This document shows, one piece after another, positions 9,523 to 20,024 of a stretch of 64,000 nt of DNA. Location: positions 320,001-384,000 of the forward strand of contig OZ241855.1 of NCBI GenBank assembly GCA_965202785.1. The letters run 5' to 3'. The stretch is from Thermodesulfobacteriota bacterium (GTDB lineage Bacteria > Desulfobacterota_D > UBA1144 > Nemesobacterales > Nemesobacteraceae). A model generated the notes under the pieces. That model did not search any database, was not told the origin of the DNA, and saw only the letters and a program-made list of their open reading frames with translations. Numbering within the stretch: position 1 is the first letter of the stretch; each line of letters opens with the position of its first letter. The position numbers and the translations under genes are program-made.

Positions 9523-11597
9523 TACTCGAAATCGGAACGGAGGAAATACCTGCTCTATTCCTTGAAAAAGCCCGGGAGGATCTGGGCAACATCCTAAGCG
9601 GAGAACTCCGTGACAAAGGTGTTGAATTCGAGGAAATGGAAATCTTCTATACCCCGAGAAGGCTTTCGGCTAGGGTAAGCGGACTTCAGAGAAAGCAGAG
9701 AGACCGCACGACCGAGAACTTCGGACCGCCCAAGCGCATAGCGTTTGATGAAGACGGAAAGCCCACCAAGGCCGCTGTGGGCTTTGCCAGATCCCAGAGG
9801 GTCGATGTTGAGGAACTCATCATCGCAAAAAGGGATAACGGGGAATTTCTTTGTGTAAGGAAAACGGTAAAAGGAAAAAAAACTTCATCCGTTCTAAAAG
9901 AAATCCTTCCGGGAGTAATCTCATCGATCCCCTTCCGGAAATCAATGAGGTGGGGCGACGGAAAACTGACCTTCGCAAGACCTATAAGATGGATAGCGGC
10001 GCTCTACGATGACAAGCCAGTAAAATTCAGCGTTGAAAACATCAAAAGTTCTGACCGAAGCTTCGGTCACAGGTTCACTTCCCCAAAACCGTTTCGAGTG
10101 ACATCCTGGGGAAATTATCTGAAAACACTTGAGAAAAACAACGTAGTAGCGGACCCGGAGAAAAGAAAGGAAATCATAAGAAGGAACACAGAGGCGGCAG
10201 CCAAAAAGATAGGCGGAACCATAAAGGAAGACCCTGAACTGCTTGAAACCGTGGTGAACCTAGTGGAGCATCCGACGGTTCTGGTGGGAGAGTTCGAGGA
10301 AAAATACCTGCGGTTGCCCGAGGAAGTCCTTATAAGCGTGATGAAGAATCACCAGAAATATTTCCCTGTTTATTCTGAGAAGACCGGCAAGCTTCTTCCC
10401 CGTTTCATCTTTGTCTGCGGAACTCCGGTTAAGGATAAACAGGTAATTATAAGGGGAAACGAGCGGGTAATAAGGGCAAGACTTAACGACGCCGAATTCT
10501 TTTTCTCCGAAGATACGAAGAAAAGCCTAAGCGCCTACACAGAAGATCTTGAGAGCATGGTGTTTCTATCCGATATAGGAACTTACAGGGAAAAAGTCGA
10601 GCGTATGAGGATGCTTGCCGCCGACATCTTTGCCAGTCCCGATCTTGAAAGGGCCGCGGAACTCTCAAAGTCCGATCTCGCAACCCAGATGGTCTTTGAA
10701 TTCGCCGAACTCCAAGGTGTCATGGGCAAGTATTACTCACTTACTTCCAAGGAGAAAAGAACCGTCGCGAACGCGATCGAGGAACAATACATGCCGCTTA
10801 CGAGAACCGGTGAACTCCCGCGAACGAAAACCGGAGCGCTTCTAAGCATAGTGGACAAAACGGATAATATCTGCTCGTGCTTCATCGCGGATCTCGCACC
10901 TACCGGGTCTTCAGACCCCTATGCGCTGAGAAGACAGACCCTCGGAATAATAAGAATCGCCATAGAGAAGAAGCTTGATATTTCTCTCTCCACACTCCTT
11001 GAACGCGGCATAAGGCTCGTGCTCGATTCCATGGACGCGCAAAAAGCTCGTGACGGCAAACTGTCCGAAGAAGAACTTAAAGTGAACATTCTCGCGTTTT
11101 TCTCCGAGAGGTTCCGCAACCTAATGACAGAGTCAGGTTACGAGAGAAATGTCGTCGAATCCGTAATCTCGGCAGGTTTTGACAATCCCCTTGACGCCTA
11201 CCGCAGAATAAACGCGCTTGGGAAATTCGCAAAACGAAAGGATTTTGAGGCCCTAGCTACAGGCTTTAAGAGGGTTTTCAACATAGCGAAAACCAGACCA
11301 TCTTCACCGCTTGACAAGAAGCTGTTCAAGCAAAAAGAGGAAAAGGATCTCCATAGAGCTTTTACCAAGACGCAGACGGCGGTTTTAAGGAAACTGGCCG
11401 ATTCTGAAAAAGCTGCCACGCAAAGCGATTACCTCAAAGCGCTTGAATCCATAAAAACACTCTCCTCACCAATAGATCGTTTCTTTGACGCGGTAATGGT
11501 CATGGACAAAAACAAGAAGATCAGAGACAATCGTCTGGCTTTGCTCAATGAAATAAAAGATCTGTTTTTCATGATTGCCGATTTCTCGAAAATCTGA
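9507..11597 (+). CDS. glyS: Glycine-tRNA ligase beta subunit
   Basis: [33 protein letters not shown]; follows glyQ. Confidence 0.95.
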   Translation: MEKELILEIGTEEIPALFLEKAREDLGNILSGELRDKGVEFEEMEIFYTPRRLSARVSGLQRKQRDRTTENFGPPKRIAFDEDGKPTKAAVGFARSQRVDVEELIIAKRDNGEFLCVRKTVKGKKTSSVLKEILPGVISSIPFRKSMRWGDGKLTFARPIRWIAALYDDKPVKFSVENIKSSDRSFGHRFTSPKPFRVTSWGNYLKTLEKNNVVADPEKRKEIIRRNTEAAAKKIGGTIKEDPELLETVVNLVEHPTVLVGEFEEKYLRLPEEVLISVMKNHQKYFPVYSEKTGKLLPRFIFVCGTPVKDKQVIIRGNERVIRARLNDAEFFFSEDTKKSLSAYTEDLESMVFLSDIGTYREKVERMRMLAADIFASPDLERAAELSKSDLATQMVFEFAELQGVMGKYYSLTSKEKRTVANAIEEQYMPLTRTGELPRTKTGALLSIVDKTDNICSCFIADLAPTGSSDPYALRRQTLGIIRIAIEKKLDISLSTLLERGIRLVLDSMDAQKARDGKLSEEELKVNILAFFSERFRNLMTESGYERNVVESVISAGFDNPLDAYRRINALGKFAKRKDFEALATGFKRVFNIAKTRPSSPLDKKLFKQKEEKDLHRAFTKTQTAVLRKLADSEKAATQSDYLKALESIKTLSSPIDRFFDAVMVMDKNKKIRDNRLALLNEIKDLFFMIADFSKI

Positions 11598-11624
11598 CCT
11601 GCGATCAACCCATACGCCTATTAA

Positions 11625-12395
11625 TCAATAAATGCCCGGTATCAGGGCCTTGCGGTGCGGAGGATAATCCCTGAAGGTTTCCACATACCATTGATGATTG
11701 CTACGTGCTCTGGGAACGAGATTAGCGGAGGTGAAAAGCAAGAAGGCGAGGCCACTAAACGACCATGTTGCTAGCGCCCAGCCGACCCATTCGAGGATTT
11801 CACCCATATAATTCGGGCACGATACAAAGCGAAACCCGCCACCCCGCGGAACCACGTAGGCGGTCTCGCCCGGCCTGCGTAGACGAATGAGGATATTGTC
11901 GGCATGGAGGTTGACAGAAATCCCGACTAGGAAAATCCCGACGCCGATCAGGAAACGAGGGTCGGCAAGCCATCCAACTGTGTACTCGCCGAATTCGGAA
12001 ATGAATCGAGCATTGATGTAGGCGTTAATCACATTGAAGAAAAAGCCCGACCCGACCACCAACAACGGCGTCTTCCGCCCGCTTGTCCTGATCCGAAACG
12101 GGTAAATGAACGTCCGGTTCAGATAGTGGCACTGCCACATGACCAGAAAGAGCAACGGCACGATGTGAAACGCAGATTTCCCGTTAAGATAGACGGCGAG
12201 GAAGACGACAACCGCCGGCAGTTCCATAATGATCCAGCCGAGCCTGCTGGAAACGTGCGGCCCCCATCCCCCACCTGCGTAATGACGGCCATAGGGTGCG
12301 GTTTTACGGAGCAGATAAAAAAACGTCGGGACAGCCGTAGCAATGACTGCCCATACCATCACGCTGTGAAGCTGTTGCTCGGCCATCTCAACCAT
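11625..12395 (-). CDS. Steroid 5-alpha-reductase (SRD5A) family protein
   Basis: APYGR, WIIMELP, HYLNRTFIYP, D.IL..LR, F.FVSCPNY.GE..EW, NL.PRA...H.WY, RKALIP. Confidence 0.9.
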   Translation of the reverse strand: MVEMAEQQLHSVMVWAVIATAVPTFFYLLRKTAPYGRHYAGGGWGPHVSSRLGWIIMELPAVVVFLAVYLNGKSAFHIVPLLFLVMWQCHYLNRTFIYPFRIRTSGRKTPLLVVGSGFFFNVINAYINARFISEFGEYTVGWLADPRFLIGVGIFLVGISVNLHADNILIRLRRPGETAYVVPRGGGFRFVSCPNYMGEILEWVGWALATWSFSGLAFLLFTSANLVPRARSNHQWYVETFRDYPPHRKALIPGIY

Positions 12396-12567
12396 TCTCG
12401 CCGAGCATTCCCTGCTCGTCAAACCATCGATAGGTGCCCCTCACCAATCCGCCAAGGAACGCGACCTGAACCCGAGTTCCGCCTGCGCAGACGTAATATC
12501 GGTAAATTCAGAGTATCATTCTGAAAATATTTGAGAAGCAGCAGTATTCGGGTATCATTTCCCTCAT

Positions 12568-12747
12568 ATGTTCGGACAATTCGGCATATGGGAATTAATC
12601 CTGATACTGGCAATCCTGCTCATAATCTTCGGTCCGAGCAGGCTTGGAGATCTGGGGTCTTCGCTCGGCAAGGGAATAAGCGGGTTCAGAAAATCTCTAA
12701 AAGACGACGACTCAGACAATAAGGAAGAGGGACAAAGCGACACCTGA
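12568..12747 (+). CDS. tatA: Twin-arginine translocase TatA (59 aa, absent from the ORF track)
   Basis: MFGQFGIWELILILAILLIIFGPSRLGDLGSSLGKGISGFRKSL: TM helix, FG hinge, amphipathic helix, acidic tail. Confidence 0.92.
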   Translation: MFGQFGIWELILILAILLIIFGPSRLGDLGSSLGKGISGFRKSLKDDDSDNKEEGQSDT

Positions 12748-12762
12748 TCAGAAACCCTCTCC

Positions 12763-13185
12763 TCAATCCTTTATCTTCTCCGCAAGTTCCACAAGCACTC
12801 CGTTCGTTGACTTGGGATGTATAAAGGCAACTTTACAGTTGTAAGATCCGGGTCTCGCATGTTCATCGATCAGCCTGACACCTTCTTTTTCGAGGGCCCG
12901 GAGAGAAGATTCTATATCGTCCACAAGAAAGCAGATGTGATGAACACCCTCCCCTCTTTTCTCCAGGAATTGCGAAATCGGAGAATTTTCGTCCAAAGGC
13001 TCGATAAGTTCTACCGCAGTGCCCTCTTCCGAGTCGGAGCAAAGCATCGATGTTTTGACCCCATAGTTGACTACGTCCTCCCTGTGGACAACCCGAAGCC
13101 CGAGTAGTTTGGAATAAATATCCTCAGCCTTCTTGATATCCTTCACTGCGATCGCTACATGATAAAGAAATCCGTTCTTGCTCAA
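12763..13185 (-). CDS. mce: Methylmalonyl-CoA epimerase (VOC family)
   Basis: HVAIAV, ELIEP, GEGVHHICF, AFIHPK..NGVLVEL; TTG start after AAGGAG. Confidence 0.85.
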   Translation of the reverse strand: MSKNGFLYHVAIAVKDIKKAEDIYSKLLGLRVVHREDVVNYGVKTSMLCSDSEEGTAVELIEPLDENSPISQFLEKRGEGVHHICFLVDDIESSLRALEKEGVRLIDEHARPGSYNCKVAFIHPKSTNGVLVELAEKIKD

Positions 13186-13204
13186 CTCAGAACACTCCTT
13201 TCGG

Positions 13205-14698
13205 CTAACCCGAACCTCCCTCTCTGGAAATGGCGTACTTTTCGAGAGGGTCTTCAACCGATTTGAATTTTATCTTTACGCCCCTCTCTCGCTGGATTCT
13301 TCTCATGGACCTTCCTTCTATTTCTCTGAGCTTTGCTATGACCTTCTTGTTGGCCTGCACGACAAGAGGCCCTTCAGCGCTTTGCCTTGTCCACTGATCA
13401 ATATCCCTCAGTATCTCGTAACAGGTGGTATATATCGACTTTATCCGTCCTCTTCCCTCGCAGGTATCGCAGGGTTCGGTCAAGTCGGAAAGTATACTTT
13501 CCCTGACCCTGCGTCTGGTAAGCTGGATTACGCTGAAAGACGATATTTCCTGGATCGTGGTCCTTGCCTTATCCTTTTTCATCTCATCCGTGAAAAGCGA
13601 CTCTACTTTCTTTCTGGACCTAACAGACTGCATGTCTATGAAATCGATAACTATGATTCCGACCAGATTGCGAAGCCTTATCTGCCTCGCGGCCTCAACT
13701 GCGGCTTCTTCGTTCGTTTTCATTATTGTTTTCTTGTGAAACTCCTCTCCGACAAGCTTCCCGGAGTTAACGTCTATTACTGTAAGTCCCTCGGCCTCGT
13801 CTATGATCAGGTAACCTCCCGACTTCATCCAGACCTTTTTTCTATACATTTTTTCGATCTGGCTCTCGATTCCGTATCTGTCGAATATGGGTTCTTCTTT
13901 GTCGTACATATCGACTTTGAAGCCATCCTTGTTAATCTTGTCGGAAAAGTACTTGGTAATCCGGCCGTGGGCTTTGGGGGAATCAACGACAATTTTCTTA
14001 AGGCCGTTTCCCATCAGGTCCCTGACGACCCTGATACAGGTATCGGCTTCTTCGTATATCACGCCCGGGTTTTTCGATTCTTCATACTTTTTCTTTATCC
14101 TTCTCCACTTCCTCACAAGCGCTCTCATCTCGCTCTTGATGTTTTTCTCGTCCGCTTCCACACACGCCGTTCTCACGATAAAACCCATGTCTTCGGGCTT
14201 ATTCCGCATGATTTCGGAAAATCTTTTCCTGCTTTTCCTGTCGGTTATTTTGCGGGATAGGTTCACCGAGTCCGACCCGGGAAGCAGAACAAGATACTTG
14301 CCCGGTATGCCCACGTGAGAGGTAAGCTTGGGACCCTTGTTTCCAGTGGGTTCCTTTGTAACCTGAACCATAACTTCCTGGCCCTGACGTAGCACATTCT
14401 GTATCGGCTGGTGGTTCTTTCTGGAGGTCTTCTTCGTCTCTTCCTCTTCAAGGAAAAGTTCGCTAAGGGATTCCTCATACACATCCTCGGCGGAGAGAAA
14501 CCCGGATTTGCCATCCCCTATGCCGACAAAAGCCGCCTGCACTCCGGGAACTATCTTTTCGACTTTCCCCTTGTAGATGTTGCCCACCATTGAAGAACTG
14601 GATTTTCTTTCAATGAAAAGCTCAATCAGCCTGCTTCTCTCCAGGACCGCTATTCTCGTTTCGTTAAAAAGCGAGTTGATGACAAGTTGAGTACTCAT
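13205..14698 (-). CDS. rng: Ribonuclease G / Rne-Rng family
   Basis: S1 domain GNIYKG, IDVNSG, IVIDFIDM, C..C.G.G; about 500 aa with no RNase E scaffold. Confidence 0.9.
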   Translation of the reverse strand: MSTQLVINSLFNETRIAVLERSRLIELFIERKSSSSMVGNIYKGKVEKIVPGVQAAFVGIGDGKSGFLSAEDVYEESLSELFLEEEETKKTSRKNHQPIQNVLRQGQEVMVQVTKEPTGNKGPKLTSHVGIPGKYLVLLPGSDSVNLSRKITDRKSRKRFSEIMRNKPEDMGFIVRTACVEADEKNIKSEMRALVRKWRRIKKKYEESKNPGVIYEEADTCIRVVRDLMGNGLKKIVVDSPKAHGRITKYFSDKINKDGFKVDMYDKEEPIFDRYGIESQIEKMYRKKVWMKSGGYLIIDEAEGLTVIDVNSGKLVGEEFHKKTIMKTNEEAAVEAARQIRLRNLVGIIVIDFIDMQSVRSRKKVESLFTDEMKKDKARTTIQEISSFSVIQLTRRRVRESILSDLTEPCDTCEGRGRIKSIYTTCYEILRDIDQWTRQSAEGPLVVQANKKVIAKLREIEGRSMRRIQRERGVKIKFKSVEDPLEKYAISREGGSG

Positions 14699-14868
14699 AG
14701 GATGTTGAAATATAAACCGATTATCTTGGCAAGTATAACCGTAAGTACCTGATGTGGAAAAAATTAAGCTTGTCAGACGGTTAAAATCTTTTCTCGGCGC
14801 TTCGGCGGAACGAACCTAGCCCGGTGCTGTAGACGGAAGCAGACGGTCTTTACACGGTCTCATGGAAA

Positions 14869-15282
14869 TCAGGCGCTTTTTCTTCCAAGCTCGACGATTA
14901 CATCAAAATGCTTCTTCTCAATCTGCATGACCGAAAGTCTGCTCTGCCTTACAAGGGAGATATCCTCGAGTCTTTCGTCGTTCTTTATCTGCTTGAGAGA
15001 TACGGGGCTCTCTAGCGTTTCCACCGGCTTCAGGTCAACCACGACCCATCTTTCGTCTTCTGTCGTGGGATCCTGATAATATTCCCTTATGACCTCGGAT
15101 ATACCTACCACTTCAAGGCCTTTGTTGCTGTGGTAGAAAAGAACAAGGTCACCTTTTTTCATGTTCTTGAGGTTGTTTCTCGCCTGATAGTTTCTAACCC
15201 CGTCCCAGTATGTCCAGCCGTCTTGGAGAAATTCCTCCCACGAATATTTAAACGGTTCCGATTTAACAAGCCAGTAGTTCAC
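14869..15282 (-). CDS. EVE domain protein
   Basis: YWLVKSEP, WDGVRNYQARN, FYHS, RLSV. Confidence 0.92.
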   Translation of the reverse strand: MNYWLVKSEPFKYSWEEFLQDGWTYWDGVRNYQARNNLKNMKKGDLVLFYHSNKGLEVVGISEVIREYYQDPTTEDERWVVVDLKPVETLESPVSLKQIKNDERLEDISLVRQSRLSVMQIEKKHFDVIVELGRKSA

Positions 15283-15481
15283 GATCTGAATTATAGCGAG
15301 CAGGAATGCGGATTCAACACCAAGCGCTACTTTGCATATCGAACGAGAAGCATGTCATCGCAGGATTTCCCTAACCTTTAGGCTTTTCAGACCCGTAAAG
15401 AAACTGCCGACATCCATAAATTTTTCACCGAGGGTTTTATACGACTTGAAAACCGTGACGTTATGGTTTATAGTTTGGTTC

Positions 15482-16480
15482 ATGAAATACGAAAAACTGA
15501 CTGCAAAAAAGAAGCTGCTGAACCAGTATGAGCCGTTACCTGACGCGCTCCTAAGCAATCTGGACGGATGGTTCCGGGTTGAGTTGACTTATACGAGTAA
15601 CGCAATTGAAGGAAATACGTTAGGGCGTCGTGAAACTGCGCTGGTAGTTGAAAAAGGTCTCACCATCGGGGGGAAATCATTTCTGGAGCACATGGAAGCC
15701 GTAAACCACGCACGCGCTCTGGACTGGGTGAAAGGACAAGTCAAACGCAGGCCGCATTCGCTGACCGAAGAGGATATCCTGCACATTCACTATCTTATTA
15801 TGAAAAGCATTGATGATCTAAATGCCGGTCGTTATCGCGTGACGCCGGTGCGAATCTCCGGTTCAGCGGTGGTGCTACCGAATCCGCGCAAAGTGCCGGG
15901 TCTGATGAACGGATTGGCGAAATGGCTCAGGCTGGCAACCGACCCGCATCCGGTGGAACTGGCTGCGGAAGCTCATTACCGGCTGGTTACCATCCACCCG
16001 TTTACCGATGGTAACGGCCGTACGGCACGCCTTCTAATGAACATGATCCTGCTCATGTCGGGTTACCCGGCAGCAATAATACGCAAACGTGACCGGTTGG
16101 CTTATATCGACTCGCTTGAAAAAGCGCAACTGGGCGGCTCTAAAGACGCTTACATGAAAATTGTCGCACGGGCAGTTGACCGTTCACTTGATATATACCT
16201 CAAGGCAGCCGAAGGCAAAACGGATACAGATGATGATAAGAGTCCTCTACTTAAAATCGGTGAACTGGCAAAACTGGTCAACCAAAGAAATTCCACAATA
16301 CGGCACTGGACCAAGGAAGGTTTGCTTGAAGTTGCCGAAGTTACCGACGCAGGGTACCAACTCTACTCACAAGCAATGGTTGAAAGGATAAGATTAATAA
16401 GCAAGCTTAAATCACGGAGACTCACGCTTAGGGAAATCAGGGAGAAAATACTACGTGATTTCCCGGACCGAGTAGAATAG
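15482..16480 (+). CDS. Fic-family protein with C-terminal MerR-type HTH
   Basis: SNAIEGN, HPFTDGNGRTAR; C-terminal LKIGELAK...STIRHW..EGLL...YQLY. Confidence 0.88.
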   Translation: MKYEKLTAKKKLLNQYEPLPDALLSNLDGWFRVELTYTSNAIEGNTLGRRETALVVEKGLTIGGKSFLEHMEAVNHARALDWVKGQVKRRPHSLTEEDILHIHYLIMKSIDDLNAGRYRVTPVRISGSAVVLPNPRKVPGLMNGLAKWLRLATDPHPVELAAEAHYRLVTIHPFTDGNGRTARLLMNMILLMSGYPAAIIRKRDRLAYIDSLEKAQLGGSKDAYMKIVARAVDRSLDIYLKAAEGKTDTDDDKSPLLKIGELAKLVNQRNSTIRHWTKEGLLEVAEVTDAGYQLYSQAMVERIRLISKLKSRRLTLREIREKILRDFPDRVE

Positions 16481-16573
16481 CGAATTTAAATCGGTATTTT
16501 TTCGAAATATCCTTATAATACCTTTCCCGCTTGTGTATTATTTCCGGTGTTCCAAGTTCGATGAGGTTCTAAA

Positions 16574-17296
16574 TTGCTCATAATTCCCGCTATAGACTTA
16601 AAAAACGGAAACTGCGTGCGGCTTCTCAAGGGAGAAGAAGGCACGGAAACCGTGTTTTCAAACAGCCCTTCCGATACAGCGAGAAAGTGGGAGCGGTGCG
16701 GAGCCGAGTGGATTCACGTCGTGGACCTTGACGGAGCTTTTAAGGGAAATCCCAGAAATTTCGAAGCTGTAGAAGAAATAGTCCGTTCAGTCTCCTCAAA
16801 CGTTCAGGTCGGAGGGGGAATAAGAAATATCGCCACCGTCGAGAAGTACCTTGAAGTGGGTATCGAGAGGGTGATAATAGGCACTTCGGCCTTTACCGAC
16901 AGGGGCTTTCTTGAGGATATCTGCGGGAGATTTCCCGGAAAAATAGCCGTCGGGGTAGATACAAAGGGAGGGAAAATAGCCTTGCGGGGATGGAAGGAAA
17001 CTATAGATACGAACGTTGCCCGGACGATGCTTGAATTCCGCGACATAGGAGTATCGCTCGTTATTCACACAAATGTTGACAGGGACGGAACCATGGAAGG
17101 AATAGACGCGGCCTCGACAAAGAATTTCCTCTCCATGTGTCCCCTTCCGGTAATCGTTTCAGGCGGTATCGCGTCGCTTGCCGATCTGAGCGATATACAG
17201 TCCATCGCAGATGACAATCTGTTCGGAGCAATACTCGGGAAATCCATCTACTCAGGTTCCATCGATCTTGAAGACAGCATACGAAGGTTTCAGTAA
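16574..17296 (+). CDS. hisA: ProFAR isomerase
   Basis: [30 protein letters not shown]. Confidence 0.95.
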   Translation: MLIIPAIDLKNGNCVRLLKGEEGTETVFSNSPSDTARKWERCGAEWIHVVDLDGAFKGNPRNFEAVEEIVRSVSSNVQVGGGIRNIATVEKYLEVGIERVIIGTSAFTDRGFLEDICGRFPGKIAVGVDTKGGKIALRGWKETIDTNVARTMLEFRDIGVSLVIHTNVDRDGTMEGIDAASTKNFLSMCPLPVIVSGGIASLADLSDIQSIADDNLFGAILGKSIYSGSIDLEDSIRRFQ

Positions 17297-17298
17297 AT

Positions 17299-18060
17299 AT
17301 GGTTTCAAAAAGAATAATTCCATGTCTTGACGTAAAGGACGGGAGAGTGGTAAAAGGGGTTCGCTTCGTTAACCTCAGGGATGCCGGAGACCCCGTTGAG
17401 GTAGCGAAAAAGTACAGCGAAGAGGGCGCTGACGAGATAACGTTTCTCGATATCACCGCCTCGCACGAAAAGAGAAAAACTATGATAGACATGGTCGAGC
17501 GGACCGCGAGCGAAGTCTTCGTTCCCCTGACCGTCGGAGGGGGGCTTAGAACTGTGGAAGACGTAAGAGAGCTTCTGCTGGCCGGGGCGGACAAGGTTAC
17601 GATCAACACAGCGGCCATAACAGATCCGGACTTCGTAAGACGGGCTTCTGACAGGTTCGGAAGCCAGTGCATAGTGGTAGCAATAGACGCGAGGAGAAAA
17701 GACGGCGGCGGATGGGAGGTCTTTACGCACGGCGGACGCAACCCGACCGGAATAGACGCCGTCGGGTGGGCCGCGAAGATGGAGGATTTCGGAGCGGGCG
17801 AAATCCTTCTTACGAGCATGGACAGGGACGGCACCGAGGACGGGTACGATCTTGAGCTCACAAGAACCATCTCGGAAACCGTAGGCATTCCCATCATAGC
17901 TTCTGGAGGTGCGGGACGGCTTGAACATCTGGTTGAAGCGGTGGAAGAGGGACGGGCAGACGCCGTTTTGTGCGCCTCGATTTTTCATTACGGCAAGTAT
18001 TCAATAAACGAAGCGAAGGAATTCCTGTCGGAGAAAGGGGTACTTGTAAGACTGGTGTAA
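17299..18060 (+). CDS. hisF: Imidazole glycerol phosphate synthase cyclase subunit
   Basis: [29 protein letters not shown]. Confidence 0.97.
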   Translation: MVSKRIIPCLDVKDGRVVKGVRFVNLRDAGDPVEVAKKYSEEGADEITFLDITASHEKRKTMIDMVERTASEVFVPLTVGGGLRTVEDVRELLLAGADKVTINTAAITDPDFVRRASDRFGSQCIVVAIDARRKDGGGWEVFTHGGRNPTGIDAVGWAAKMEDFGAGEILLTSMDRDGTEDGYDLELTRTISETVGIPIIASGGAGRLEHLVEAVEEGRADAVLCASIFHYGKYSINEAKEFLSEKGVLVRLV

Positions 18061-18078
18061 AAAGAGGTTCAGGATATC

Positions 18079-19149
18079 TTGCTCATACGAAAGCAGACCG
18101 AAGAAAACGAAAAAAAGCTGCTCAGTCCGATGGCGACTCTGAGCTGCGAATCCAAAGGAAGAGCGAAGCCTGAGCGCGAATGCGACATAAGAACGTGCTT
18201 TCAGAGGGACCGGGACAGGATAATTCACTCCAAGGCCTTCAGAAGACTCAAGCATAAAACCCAGGTATTCATCTCTCCGACCAACGATCATTACCGCACA
18301 AGGCTGACTCATGTAATAGAAGTCTCCCAGATAGCCAGAACTATATCGAAAGCACTTATGCTTAACGAAGATCTGACCGAAGCCATAGCGCTCGGTCACG
18401 ATCTGGGCCACACCCCCTTCGGCCACTCCGGGGAGGAAGGACTGAACGAAGTGTTCCCCGGCGGGTTCAAGCATGTTCGCCAGAGCATAAGGATCGTGGA
18501 TGTGCTGGAACGCGATGGAGCCGGACTCAACCTGACGCATGAAGTCAGGGATGGGATAGCTAAACATTCCAAGGGGTGGGGAAAGGAGGGAATAGAGACC
18601 GAGGAGAACAGGCCCCTTACCCTTGAAGGCCAGGTAACCAAGATCTCGGATCTTGTCGCTTACACGAATCACGATCTTGATGACGCAATCCGCTCGGGTA
18701 TCATATCCCCCGGCGATGTTCCCGCAGAATATATCTCGGTCCTCGGAGATACGGCTTCGCAAAGAGTAAACACGATGGTAGTGGACATCGTTGGACAGAC
18801 CATCGAAAGAGGCGGGATGAGAATTCTGATGAGCGAGAAAGTGTTCGAAGCACTCTTGGGACTCAGAACCTATCTCTACGAGAATGTCTATGTAAGTGAG
18901 CGACTGCTTTCGCTTCATAATAAATCCAAAAAAGTCGTGAAGGAGCTTTACTTGTATTTCTGCGATAACGAGAAGATCTTCCGTGAGAGTTTCTGCAAGA
19001 TGCCCGTACGGGAGGATGAAACGCTGCAGAGGGCGGTATGCGACTTCATCGCCGGAATGTCCGACCTTTACGCGCTTTCGCTTTACCAGAAGATATTTCT
19101 TCCGAGCAGATGGACAAAAAGCCAGGAAATACAGGACGCCTACCTATGA
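18079..19149 (+). CDS. dgt: Deoxyguanosinetriphosphate triphosphohydrolase-like protein
   Basis: FQRDRDRI, RRLKHKTQV, RTRLTH, HDLGHTPFGH. Confidence 0.92.
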   Translation: MLIRKQTEENEKKLLSPMATLSCESKGRAKPERECDIRTCFQRDRDRIIHSKAFRRLKHKTQVFISPTNDHYRTRLTHVIEVSQIARTISKALMLNEDLTEAIALGHDLGHTPFGHSGEEGLNEVFPGGFKHVRQSIRIVDVLERDGAGLNLTHEVRDGIAKHSKGWGKEGIETEENRPLTLEGQVTKISDLVAYTNHDLDDAIRSGIISPGDVPAEYISVLGDTASQRVNTMVVDIVGQTIERGGMRILMSEKVFEALLGLRTYLYENVYVSERLLSLHNKSKKVVKELYLYFCDNEKIFRESFCKMPVREDETLQRAVCDFIAGMSDLYALSLYQKIFLPSRWTKSQEIQDAYL

Positions 19150-20024
19150 GCGAAAAAAAAGGGGACCGGTCATTGATAAATCTCGGAGCAGCGCCTTTTC
19201 TTAACATGCAACCGCTCATTTATCCTCTGGAAAAAGGGGTTGTCGAGCACAGCTTTAATATAATGTATTTTGACCCTTTCCTTCTTTCCGACAATCTGTC
19301 GGAAGGAGTGATTGATGTCGCCCCCATTCCCTCGGTTGAATTTCTAAAAACCGACGACTACTGCATTCTGCCCGACATTTCCATATCCTCTTTCGGAAAA
19401 GTCGACAGCGTCGTACTCAAGGCACGAAAAGAAATAACGAAAATAAAAAGCGTGTCGGTTGACAGCAGGTCCAAGAGCTCAACGGCCCTGCTCAGAATCG
19501 TACTGGAGCTCTTCCTCGGTCTTAAGCCCGAATACGTAAAAAGAGAACCCGTAAACGGTTTTCTTCAGGGGGTTGACGCCGGGATGCTTATCGGCAACGC
19601 GGGTCTTCAGGCCCGTCACCTCTCTGCAGAAAAATCCGCCTTCACATACGACCTGGGGGAACTCTGGACGAGGGAAACCTCTCTCCCCTTCGTATATGCG
19701 GTAATGGCGATCAAAAAAGGGGACGACGCTACAGCCGAAGGCTGTAAATGTCTTGTTTCAACGAGAGAACAAGGTGTGGAATTCATTCCGGAGATAGTGG
19801 ATATCGAATCTCGAAAACTGGGTCTCAGCAGGGAGCATTGCACGACTTACCTTAAAGAAAGAATCAAGTATGACCTTGACGCCCCAAAAATTGACGGACT
19901 CATCAAATATCGCGACCTTCTTTTCGAGCTTAACGAAATAGAGAAGAAAAACGAAATCGATTTCTACATAGACCCTTCGGAGACGAAACCCGGAAGGAGA
20001 CAAGAATGGAAAGACGGATCATGA
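19146..20024 (+). CDS. mqnA: Chorismate dehydratase (futalosine pathway)
   Basis: FLN..PL, V.SV, S..S..L, LIG, DLG..W...T.LPFV.A; adjacent to mqnD. Confidence 0.85.
   Translation: MSEKKGDRSLINLGAAPFLNMQPLIYPLEKGVVEHSFNIMYFDPFLLSDNLSEGVIDVAPIPSVEFLKTDDYCILPDISISSFGKVDSVVLKARKEITKIKSVSVDSRSKSSTALLRIVLELFLGLKPEYVKREPVNGFLQGVDAGMLIGNAGLQARHLSAEKSAFTYDLGELWTRETSLPFVYAVMAIKKGDDATAEGCKCLVSTREQGVEFIPEIVDIESRKLGLSREHCTTYLKERIKYDLDAPKIDGLIKYRDLLFELNEIEKKNEIDFYIDPSETKPGRRQEWKDGS

Noticed and set aside
13178-14260. 360-aa antisense ORF; similar ones at 17061-17897, 18001-18918, 28142-29164 and 46346-47128
   Set aside because: Shadows of well-conserved genes on the opposite strand, with no motifs of their own
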